Shown piece after piece: positions 12,001 to 23,300 of a DNA stretch of 53,861 nucleotides. A model generated the notes under the pieces. The model ran no database searches and was not told the origin of the DNA. It was given only the letters and a program-made list of their open reading frames with translations. The position numbers and the translations under genes are program-made. The stretch is from contig NW_024705334.1 of NCBI RefSeq assembly GCF_018977255.1, positions 1 through 53,861 of the forward strand. The letters run 5' to 3'. This DNA is from Callorhinchus milii. Its lineage: Eukaryota. Numbering within the stretch: the stretch's first letter is position 1; each line of letters opens with the position of its first letter.

Positions 12001-15000
12001 CCTCCATCTCTCCTGGCCGACCCGCCTTGCCATCGGCGACCGAGTTTTCAGACTCTGCCCCGCACTTTGGAACTCCATCCCACAAACTCTTTACTTCGCT
12101 CCCTCCCTTGATGTGTTGCAGCTTCCACAGCACTGCCCTTTCCTCACACCCAAGTCACTTACACTGTTATAATGGGCTCTGGATACCGGCCGTGGGGAAG
12201 CGGGTAAACTGGGCCCTGGACTGTAAAGGCTGAGGACTTGCAGTGCAGAGGCAGCTATGGGGAGGTTTGTCCTACTGGGGGAGAGGCAGTCATACCTTCA
12301 TTGTGTCACTTTCTCCCTCTCAGTCTCTCTCTCCGTCTCGCTTTGGCTTTCTCTCACTTAGTCTCTGTCAGTCCCTTTCAATCAGTCTCTCTCTCTCTCT
12401 CTCCTCTCTCTCAGTCTCTCACTCTCTCTCTCATTCTCTATTCCTGTTCTTCTCTCTGTCAATCTTTCTCTCTCAGACTCAGGGTCTCCCGTAAAACACA
12501 GACACTGCGCCTTATAACATCTTCTCTCACACAATCTCTCTCTCTCCATCTCAATCTCTTGCTCTCTCTCTCTCAGTTTCTCTCTGTCTCTCTTGCATTC
12601 TCTCTCTCTCTCGCTCTTTTTTCCAGTATCTCCCCCACTCTCTCTCTCTCTGAGTCTCTTCATCTCATCCTCTCTCTCTATCCCACAATACGCAGTCACT
12701 GCATATTATCTCTCAGTCTCGCTCTATATGTGTCTCTATTTCTATCGTTCGAAGTCACTGTCTCTCAGTATCGCTAACTCAGTCTCAATCTCTTTCTCAA
12801 TCTCTCTCTCTCTCTCTCTCTTTCTCTCTCACTATCAGTCTCCCTTTCTGTCTCACCTACAAAATACACAGTTAATACACTACATAATATATTCTCTTTC
12901 ACGGTTTCCCTCTCTCAGTCTCTCTGTCTATCAGCCTTTCTCTCCGGCTCTCTCTATCTCTCTCAGTGTCTCTCTCAGTCTCTCCCTCTCTCTCTCTCTC
13001 TGCGTCTCCCGAAAAACACACGGTCACTACACTTTACTATAGATTTTCTCTCATAGTTTTGTCTCAGTCTTGCTCGTTGTACATCTCTCTATCTCTTTCT
13101 CTCTCTCTCAGTCTCTTTTTCTGCCTCCCTTTCACTCTCTGTCTCTCCTTCTGCCTCTTTTTCTCTCCCTCTCTCTCGAAGTCACTCTCTCGCCTAGTCT
13201 CACTCTCCCATGCTCTCGTTCAGTCTCTCACCATCTTTCTTTCTATCTCCCACGAAACTGTCACTACACTTTATAAGATATTTTCTCTCACCGTCTCTCT
13301 CAGCCTCTCTCTTTCTCTGTCTCTCTCACGCACTCCTCTCTCTCTCTCTCTCTCTGCCTCTCTACCTCTCCCAAAAAACACGTCACTATACTTCATAATA
13401 TATTTTCTCTCAGTCTCTCTCTCCCTCTGTCTCTCTGTCTCCCACGTAACACAGTCACTACAGTTATAATATGTTCTCTCTCCCAGTCTCTCTTGCTCAG
13501 GCTCTCTTCCACTAATTTTCTCTTCATGTCAGTCTATCTCTGTCTCTGTTTCTCTCTCACTCTCTCTCTCTCTCAGTCTCTATCTCCCAGTCTCTCTGAG
13601 TCTCTCTCTCAATCACTCTCTTGGTCTCCAACTCTCTCTCGGACTCTCTCTCAGTATGTTTCTCAATGTTTCTTATAGTTTCTATCTCTCTCTTTGTGTG
13701 TCTCTCTCCCACAAAATACAAAGTCGCTACACATTATATTTTCTCTCTCATTCTCTCTCAGTTTATCTCTATCTCACTCAGTCACTCTATCTGTCACTCT
13801 CTCTCCGTCTCTTTCTCTCTGTCGCAGTAACTGTCTCCCTCCGAGTCTCTCATTCTTTCTCTCAATCTTCTCATGTTTTTGCTTTGTCTCTCCCCAAAAC
13901 ACACATTTGTAATAATTATTTTTATTACTCTGTATTAATTTGTAATACATGTTCTCTCACATTCTCTCTCAGTCTCCATCTGTCTCTTCCACAAAACTGT
14001 CACTACACGTTATGAATTTTTTATCAGTGTCTCTCTCAGTCTCTTTCCCTCTTGTAGTCATTCTTACAGTCTCTCTCGGTATCTCTCCAAGTCTCACTCT
14101 CTCTCTCCCTAAATATCTGTGTCTCTCAGTCTCTCCCACAAAACACACTGCCTGTCTCTCTCTTCATGCCTCTTACTTTCTCGCTGTCACTGTTTTCCCA
14201 GTCTCTCTCCCATTCTCTCTTTCTCTCTCTCTCTCTCTTCCTTTCACTCTCAGACTCTCTCTCACACTCAGTATTTCTCCGTCTCTTCCTTTCATTCTCT
14301 CGATCTCTCGCTCTTTCTCACCCACAAAACACAGTCATTATCCGCCAGAGACAGTGTGTCTGAGAGAGGGAGTCTGTGAATGACAATCTGTTATAAAGTG
14401 TAGTGACTGTTTTTTGGTTGAGACAGAGAGAGAATGAGGGAGCGTGAGACGGAGAGAGTGACTGCAAAAGAGAGACAGAGCCTGAGAGAGAGATAAATAG
14501 AAATTGAGAGAGACCGAGACTGAGAGAGAGAGAACCAGAAACAGAGAGGGAAACAGAGAGGCATTCAGTGAGAGAGATGAGAGACAAGGCGGCAGAGTGC
14601 AGTGTTTTGGATGATCTGCAGCTTGTGAAGGGAAGAGTTAGGAAGGCCGATGAGGAGGGAGTTCCCATAATGTGTAGTGACTGTGTGTTTTGTGGGAGAG
14701 ACAGAGAGAGAAAGAGAGTGATAGGGAGGGATTCAGAGAGAAAGAGACTGAGTGAGAGTGAAAGAAAGAAATATTTATAACGTTTAGTGATTGCGCTTTC
14801 TGAGCGAGACAGAGCCAGAGTCTGTGAGAGAGACTAAGATATAGAGGGTAACTGAGAGGAATGGAAACTAACAGAGAAGGACTGAGTGAGAGAAAAACAG
14901 AGGGAGAGACAGAGCGAATGAGAGAGAGAGACTGAGAGAGAGACAAAGAGAGAGAGACTGAGACAGAGAGACTGAGAGGGGGAGACTGAGAGAAAGACTG

Positions 15001-15118
15001 AGAGAGGGACAAAGAGAGAAAGAGAGAGAGAGAGAGACTGAAAGAGAGAGAGAGAGAGAGATAGAGACTGAGAGAAAGACTGAGAGAGGGACTGAGAGAA
15101 AGTGACACCGAGAGAAGC

Positions 15119-15159
<41 letters not shown>

Positions 15160-18100
15160 AAGAGGGAGAGAGAGAGAGCGCCTCGCGGAGAGGAAATATA
15201 TTGTGTGGTATTTTGTGGGAGAGACTGAGAGAGGTAGACAGAGAGATTGAGAGAGAGAATGATAAGGAGACTGACAGGAGGAAATGTATTTTACTGTGAA
15301 GTGACTGTGTTTTGTGTTTGGGACGTCCTCCTGACGTGAAAGGCGCTTTATAAATGGAATCCTGTTGTGGTTTTTGTTGTTTTGTGGAAGAGATAGAGCA
15401 AGAGACTCTGAGCGAGACAGAGAGAGAGAGACTCACAGAGAGATACTGAGAGAAAGAGGGAGCAAGAGAGAGCTTTGCGGAGATGCAATATATCCATGTG
15501 GTGGTGGGAGAGACTAAGAGTGAGTGAGCGAGAGAGAAAGAGCGAGACAGAGAGAGAGAGACAGAAAGAGAGAATGATAGAGACAAAGCAAGAGACTGAG
15601 AAAGTGACTGAGATAAAGAGATTGGGAGAGAGACTGAGTTGGAGAATGTTAGAGCGAGAGCCAGAGAGAGAGACTGAGAAAGAAAGAGACTGAGGGAGTG
15701 TGATTGCGTGAGGGAAAGACACAGACAGAGAGAGAGACTGACAAAGAATAGAATATAGGCAGTGAGAGAGAGAGAGATAGAGAGCGAGAGAGAAAGAGAG
15801 AGAGACTGTGAGAGAGAGAGAGAGAGAGAAGTAGACAGAAGAGAGAAAAAGACGGAGAGCGTGAGAGAGATAGAGAGACAGACAGTGATGTGTGTGTGTG
15901 CACATGTGTGTGTGGGTGGGTGTGACCCTGGTCCCAGCGCCTTGGGACTTGCTCCCCACGTGAAAGGCTCCTGTATATACATGTCAATGTGTATTGTGTT
16001 GTAACACTGTATTACCTGTGTTTGTGTCTCTGTGTCCAGGCTGGGGAACAATAATCTGGGAGATTGTGGAGTGAAGCGACTGTGTGAGGCTCTGAGGAAC
16101 TCGGAGTGTAAAATACAAAGTCTGTGGTAAGTAACGCACTGTGTCTCCAGAGTCTTAATGACTCCAATATCTCAATGCGTTTATTGTGACTGTCTGATCA
16201 GTGCGGCTGAATATTGTGACAGGAATTGGTGTGACAGTGTGAGGCCACAAGCCATCGTTTACATCAAACTCTCAACATGTATTAATGTGTGTCTGTCTGT
16301 GTGTGTCTGTTTGTATGTGCATCTTGTGTGTGTGTCTGTTTGTGTGTCTGCGTTTGCGTGTGTTTGCGATTCTGAGTGTGTGCTTGTGTGCGTTTGTGAC
16401 TGCTTTTTGTGAGTGTCTGTGCGTACTTGCGTGTGTATCTGTGAGTATCTCTGTTTGTTTCTGTGTTTGTTTTGTATGTTTGGGTGTCTTTGTGTGTTGT
16501 GTGTGCATTGGTGAATGTTTGTGTGAATGTTTGTGTGCGCGATTGTGTGTTTGTATGTGTGTATCTATTTGTGTTTGTTTGGTTGTGTGGATGTGTATTT
16601 ATATGTATGTTTGTTTGTGTTATTTTATATATATGTGTTTGGTGTGCTTGTGTGAGTGTTTACGTTGATGTGTTCGCATGAATGTATGATTGTGTGTGTG
16701 AACATGTGAGTTTGTTTTTGAGTTTGTTTGTGTTTCTGTGTGTGTGTCTGTGCTTGTGTGTATGTTTGTTTATGTGCGTTGGTGTGTGTTCTTGCGTGTG
16801 TGATTGTCTTTATGTGAGTGTTTGTTTGTGTTCACGTGTGTTTCAGTGTATGTTTCTGTGTATGTATTTGTCTGTGTATGCATGTGTGTGTTTATTGTGC
16901 TTGTTTGAGTGTTTCTTTGCGAATTTGTTTATGCGTGAGTGTATTTGTGCACGCATTTTTGTGTTTGTGTGCGTATTTATGTGTGTATGTGTTTATGATT
17001 GTTTGTGTTTTTGTGCATCTATGTTTTTGGGGTTGGGTGCGTGAGTGTGTGTTTGTGTTTTCTGTGTGTTTGTGTATATGTACCTGTGTATTTTCTTGTG
17101 TGTTTCTTGCTGTGCTTCTGTGTGTGTTTGTTTTTATGCGTGCGTTTGTGTGATTGTTTGTTTGTGTTTGTGTGTGGGCTTGTGTGCTCGTGTTTGTGTG
17201 TCGGTTTGTGTGTTTGTTTTGTGTTTCTGTGTGTGTGTGTTTGTTTTGTGTGTATGATTGTGTATTTGTGTATGTGTGTGTGCTTGTGTGTGTTCGCATA
17301 TGTATGTGTTTGTGCGCGTATTTCTGTGCGCATGTGAATTTGTTTGTGTGTGTATGTGTATACGTGTATGTTTTTCTGTGCCCGTGTTTTTTGCGCCATG
17401 TCTGACATTCTGTGCTTGCTTGTGTATGTTTGTCTGTTTATTTGTGTGCCTCTGTTCGTTTGAGTTTGTTTGTGAGCGTTTGCATGTGTTTGCGTTTGTA
17501 TGTGTGCATTTCTGTGTGTTTGCGTAGGTATTTGTGTGCGCGCGCATCTGTGCACGTTTGTGTTCATGTGTGTTTTTGCTTTTGTGTGTCTTTGTTTTTT
17601 GTGTGTTTACTTCTGTGTTTTGTTGTTTGTGTGTTTTTGTGATTTTTTTGTGTGCATTTGCTTGTCTGTGTGTCTTTCTCTTTGTGTATGTGTGTCCGTG
17701 CGTGTGTATTTCTGTGTCTGTCATGCATTTGCTTGTGCGTAAGTGTGTTTCATGTCTGTTTGTTTCTGTGTGTGCCTGTGAGCGTGTGCAATACTGTCTG
17801 TTCCTGTCTATGTGTTCTGCATCTGTATTTGTGTTTGTGATTGTATATGTGTGTTTGTGTACTTGTATTTGTGTATTTCTGTATTTGTGCACGTGTGCTT
17901 TTGTTTGTGCGTGGGTGCTTGTTTGGTGGTGTGTGTGCGTTTTTGTGTGTATGTGTGTGTTAAATTCTTTTTGGTATGCATGTGTCTGCGTGTGTTTGTT
18001 TGTGTCATCTATTTGTATGTTTGAGTGTGTATTTGTGCTTGTTTGTACGGTTGTGAGTATGCGTGTGTGTTTTTGTGTCTGTGTGTAGGTGTGTCTGTGT

Positions 18101-20300
18101 GTGCTGGTGTGTGTGTGTGTGTATGCGCGTGCACTGCTGCCACCTGTCCGGCATCAAACAAACTGTGAGTGACAGTGGGTTACACACACTGTGTTTACTC
18201 TGATCCCTGTTGTGTCTCTGTGTCTCTGATCTCCAGGTTGGACAGTAACAATCTGACAGCTGATTGTACAGAAGATCTGACCTCTGCTCTCAGCACAAAC
18301 CACTCACTGACGGAGCTGTACCTCAATATTAATAAACTGGGAAATTGTGGAGTGAAGCCACTGTGTGAGGCTCTGAGGAACCCGGTGTTTAAAATACAGA
18401 GACTGGAGTAAGTAACACACTGTATCTCCAGAGTCTGAATGATCCCAATATCTCGGTGTGACAGTGTGAGGCCACAAGCCATCGTTTACATCAAACTCTC
18501 AACATGTGTTAAAATGAAACCATGTGCTGGAAACCCCATCTCTAGTGACATGCGGATCGTCACAGCTCCGACCCCTCCACTGGGTTTGAGGTTATTTTNG
18601 TCAGAATCTTTCCAGTCAAAACGTCTGTGCAAAACCCTCACCCCAGAATGAAATCTACACAGCTTCAGCCCTGAGTTAGCCTGTGTCTGCTCACACACTG
18701 CAGTCTGAGCCCTGTAGCTCAGTGGTTAGAGCCCTCGCCTCGCTAGCGAGAGGGCCTGGGGGTGATTCCTGACAGGGCAAAACCTTACGGATGTTTCCTT
18801 ACTCCACTCGTGTCTGATTGCCACACAGTCAGTCACAATCCGGTTGTTTTACGACTTGCAGATCACTTTTCCAGGGTTATTAATCCGTTGAAAACAATAT
18901 TTCATGAGAGAATGAGAGATAGATGGCAATTGAGAGAGAGACAGACAGAGAGATGCAGAGACAGAAAGATATACTGAGAGAGAAGAGAGACTGAGTGAGA
19001 GAAAGACAGAGTGATAGTCTGTGAGATAGATTGAGAGAAAGAGAGAGATACTGATAGAGAGAGAGATACTAGGGGAGAAGAAATTTAACATGCAGTCTTT
19101 TTTTGTGAGAGGGACTAAGAGAAAGTGACAGAAAGAGAGAAGTAAGATAGTGAAGAGAGACTGAGGGAACGAAAGATAGAGCGAGAGGCGAATACAGAGA
19201 CTGACAGATAATGAAACAGAGAGAGCGACAGAGAGAGAGAGACTGATTTAGAAAGAGAAAAAGGGAGAGACAGAGAATCAGAGAGAGATTGAGAGAAAGA
19301 AACTGAGCAGGAGAGAGTGAGAGAGACAAACTGAGAGAAAGACAGGCACAGTGAGAGAGAATAGGGTACATGACATACAACATGTAGTGACTGTGCATTT
19401 TATCGGAGAGACTAAGAGACAGAGACCACGAAGAAAGTGAGACAGGTAGAGACACAAAGAGAGACTGATATAAAAATATATAATATCGAATAGTGACTAT
19501 GCCTTGTGGAAGAGCCAGAGTGAGAGAATGTTAGACAGACTGTGAGAGAGAGAGCGAGAGAGAGAGAGAGAGACTGATAGAGAAACATACAGAGAGAGAG
19601 AGACAGTAACAGTCAGAGATAAAGACAGAGACAGGGCGAGAGATTCAATGAGGGAAAGAAGAGAGAGATACAGAGAGAAAATGAGAGAGGGAAAAACGTA
19701 GAGAGAGAGTGTGTGAGAGAGATATTTTAAAGTTTAGTGACACTGTGTTTTGTGTGACTGCGAGAGAGAGAAAGAGACAGTCAGAGAGAGAGATACAGAG
19801 AGAGTCAGTGAGAGAGACTGACAAAGAAAGAGAAAGAGAAAGAGAGAGAGAGAGAGAGGCAGAACGAAAGGAGGAGAGAGTCAGAAAGGCACTGAGAGAT
19901 ACTGGGAGAGCGTCAGAGAGACTACAAGACAGAGAGAGAGAGACTGAGAGAGCGAGTGATGAGACAGATATTGAGAGAGAGAGAGAGAGAGAGACTGGGA
20001 GAGTGATAGACTGGGAAAGGGAGACTGAGTGAGACAAACTGAGTGAGAAAATGAGAGAGAGAGAGAGAGCGAGAGAGTGAATGCGAGAGAGGAGAGAAAC
20101 AGAGAGGGAGGCTGAGAGAGAAAGTGACTCATAGACACAGAGTGAGAGAGAATGTGAGAGAGCGACAGAAAGAGATACTGAGAGACACCAGTAGAGAAAT
20201 ATAGTCTGAGAGACTGAGAGGAAGAGAGACTGAGACACGTAGATGGAGGGAGAGAGATTCTGGCAGTCACACAGAGAGAGGGACTGAGAAAGAGAGAGAG

Positions 20301-20338
<38 letters not shown>

Positions 20339-23300
20339 AAGGGTGTCAATAAGGGAGAAAAAGAGACTTAGAGAGAGAGCGACTGAGAGAGATATGAGGA
20401 AGAGAAAGAGACTGAAAGACTGAGTGAGACAGAAGTGGAGAGAGAATATATTATAATGTGTAGTGACTGTATGTTTTGTTGACGAGACAGAGAGACACAA
20501 AAATATTGACTGACTGAGAGATTGAGAGAGAGAGAGAGAGAGAGAGAGACAGAAATAGACATTGATAGACACAGAGAGAGACAGAGACTGAGAAAATGAT
20601 TGAGAGAGTGAGAGAGAGAGAGAGAGAGAGAAAGAGATTGAGAGACAGAGGCCGAAAGAGAGACAGAGAAGGAGACTCAGAAAGATTGAGAGAGAGAGCG
20701 AGAGAGATACTGAGAGAGAATATATTGTAAAGTGTTTTGTGGGAGAAACAGATACAGATTGACTGAGAGAGCGAGAGAGAGATTGGGATAAACTGCCGGA
20801 AGAGATAATACTACTTCTACTGCTACAACTAATAACAATCCTTGCGTTTGATATAGTGCTTTTCACGCCTTCTAGACGGCTCAAAGCGCTTCACAGAATC
20901 GACTTAAAGTGAATTGACTGTATATTTGTGAGCGATAGAGAAAGTTACCGAGAGAGGGAGAGAGAGAGAAAGTGCCTGAGAAACACAAAGTGGGAGAGAG
21001 AGACTGAGAGAAAGAGAGAGACAGAGAGAGAAAGTAACTCAGAGATACAGAGTGAGAAAGAGACTGAGAGACAGCCTCAGAGAGCCAGAGAGATAGAGAC
21101 TGAGACAGAGAGAGAGAGAGAGAGACTGAGCGAAAGAAGAATGATTGTGAGAGAGAGCGAGTAAGAGACTGAGAGAAAGAGAGAGACTATGAGAGAGAAT
21201 ATGTAATCACACAAAGGGACTGTGTTTTGTGGGAGAGGCAGAGAAAGAAACTTAGAGAGAGAGAGGAGACTAAGTGAGTGAGAAAGTGAAAGACATAGAA
21301 GGAGACTGAGAGAGAGAGAGAGGAGATGGTGAAAGAGAATATATTATTAAACGTAGTGACTGTTTTGTGGGAGAGACAGGGAGAGAATCAGTGAGACAGA
21401 GACAGACTGTGATGTGTGAGCACATGTGTGTGTGTGACCCTGGTCTCAGCGCCTTGGGACTTGCTCCCCACGTGAAAGGCTCCTGTATGTACATGTCAAT
21501 GTGTATTGTGTTGTTACACTATATTCCCTGTGTTTGTGTCCCTGTGTCCAGGTTGGGGGGCAATAATCTGGGAGATTGTGGAGTGAAGCGACTGTGTGAG
21601 GCTCTTAGGAACTCGGAGTGTAAAATACAGTGTCTCAGGTAAGTAACGCACTGTGTCTCCAGAGTCTGAATGACTCCAATATCTCAATGTGTTTATTGTG
21701 ACTGTCTGATCAGTGCGGCTGAATATTGTGACAGGAATCGGTGTGACAGTGTGAGGCCACAAGCCATCGTTTACATCAAACTCTCAACATGTATTAATGT
21801 GTCTGTGTGTCTGTGCATGTCTGTGTGTCTCTCTGTCTGCGAGTCTGCGACTGTGTGTGTGTGTCTGCGTGTGTATCTATGTTTGTGGTTGAATGTGTGT
21901 GTGTGTGTCTGTTGTCAGAAACATTTGCAACTATTTACAACGACTTTACAATGATCCTATTCCAATTTACCATTTGGTTGAGTTCAGTCACTATATTCAG
22001 GTCAAAACAGCAGGAAATACACAAATAAATGAAACAATAAAATAATACACAAGACACAGAGCGGTACCGAGCGGATTCCTGTCACAACACTGGTCGTGTC
22101 TCTCACTGCTCCGCTACCATTCCCGAGAGATATCTAACACATCTTTGTTTAAAGACAACTGAATAACTCCAGACAAAACTGTCTTTTTAAGAAAAACAAC
22201 TCCTTATTTGGGTACATCCATAATATGTTTCAATTTCAATTCTCCCTTTAACCACAAGGACTTTCCGTGTCCCTGTACCTCCTGACCTTATGTTGCCATT
22301 GGTTTGGGTTCTGCCTTCAGTTACTGAGCTTCGCCGCCTTTGCACTTCTATTTTAGATTCTTAAACCACACTTCAACATTAACCCAAGACAACACTGTGT
22401 GTATGTATGTCTGTGTGTGTGTGTGTCAGTGCATGTGTTTTGTCTGTGTTTGTGTCTGTGTGTGTGTGTGTCTGTTTGCGTGTCTGTGTGTATGTTTGCG
22501 TTTGCCTGTGTATGCGGGTCTGTGTGCTTTTGTGAGTGGTTTCGTCAGTGTGTGTGTGTGTGTCTGTGTGAGCGATTGTTTGTGTGTGTGTTTGTCTTTG
22601 TTTCTGTGTTTGTGTGTGCGTGTGTTTTTGAGTACATCTATATATATATATATTTTGTGTGTCTCTCTGTCTGTGTGTGTTTGTTTCTGCAGAGTTTTTT
22701 GTCTCTCAGTGTGTATGTGTGTTTGCTTGTGTGACTTTGTGCTTGTGAGTGTGTGTGTGTCAGAGCCTTGGGACGTCCGACATGAAAGGCGATATACAAC
22801 TGTAATCTTGTTGTTGTTGTTGTGTGCATTTGTGTATGTTCCTGTGAGTGTGTGCGATTCTGTGTGTGTTTGTGTGTGTTCCTGTGAGTGTGTGCGATTG
22901 TGTGTGTGTATCCCAGAGGATCGAGTTCAAGATCCTCGTCCTCACCTTTAAGGCCATCCATGGCCTCGCCCCCTCCTCCCCTCTCTGACCTGCTGACTCC
23001 CTACCAACCTGCCCGCTCCCTCCGGCCAGTGGGCTCCGGGCTGCTCCGTGTCTCCCGCCCGACCCGCCCTCCCATCGGTGTCCGGGCTTTCAGCCTCTCT
23101 GCCCCACACTCTGGGACTCCATCCCACGGTCCCTTCCCCTCACTTCCTCTCTTGTCTCCTTCAAGGTCGGTCTCAAGACCCTTCTCTTCCATCGTGGCTT
23201 TGGTCTCCCTCCCACCTCTCTGCCTTCCGTCACTCCTACCCCACCCCTCCCCACCCCTCCCCCACCCCTCTCCACCCCTCTCCACCTCCCCACCCCTCCC

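Noticed and set aside
18599..18599. Single N base
   Set aside because: Assembly ambiguity, not a biological feature. If it marks a collapsed gap, additional LRR cassettes could be missing.
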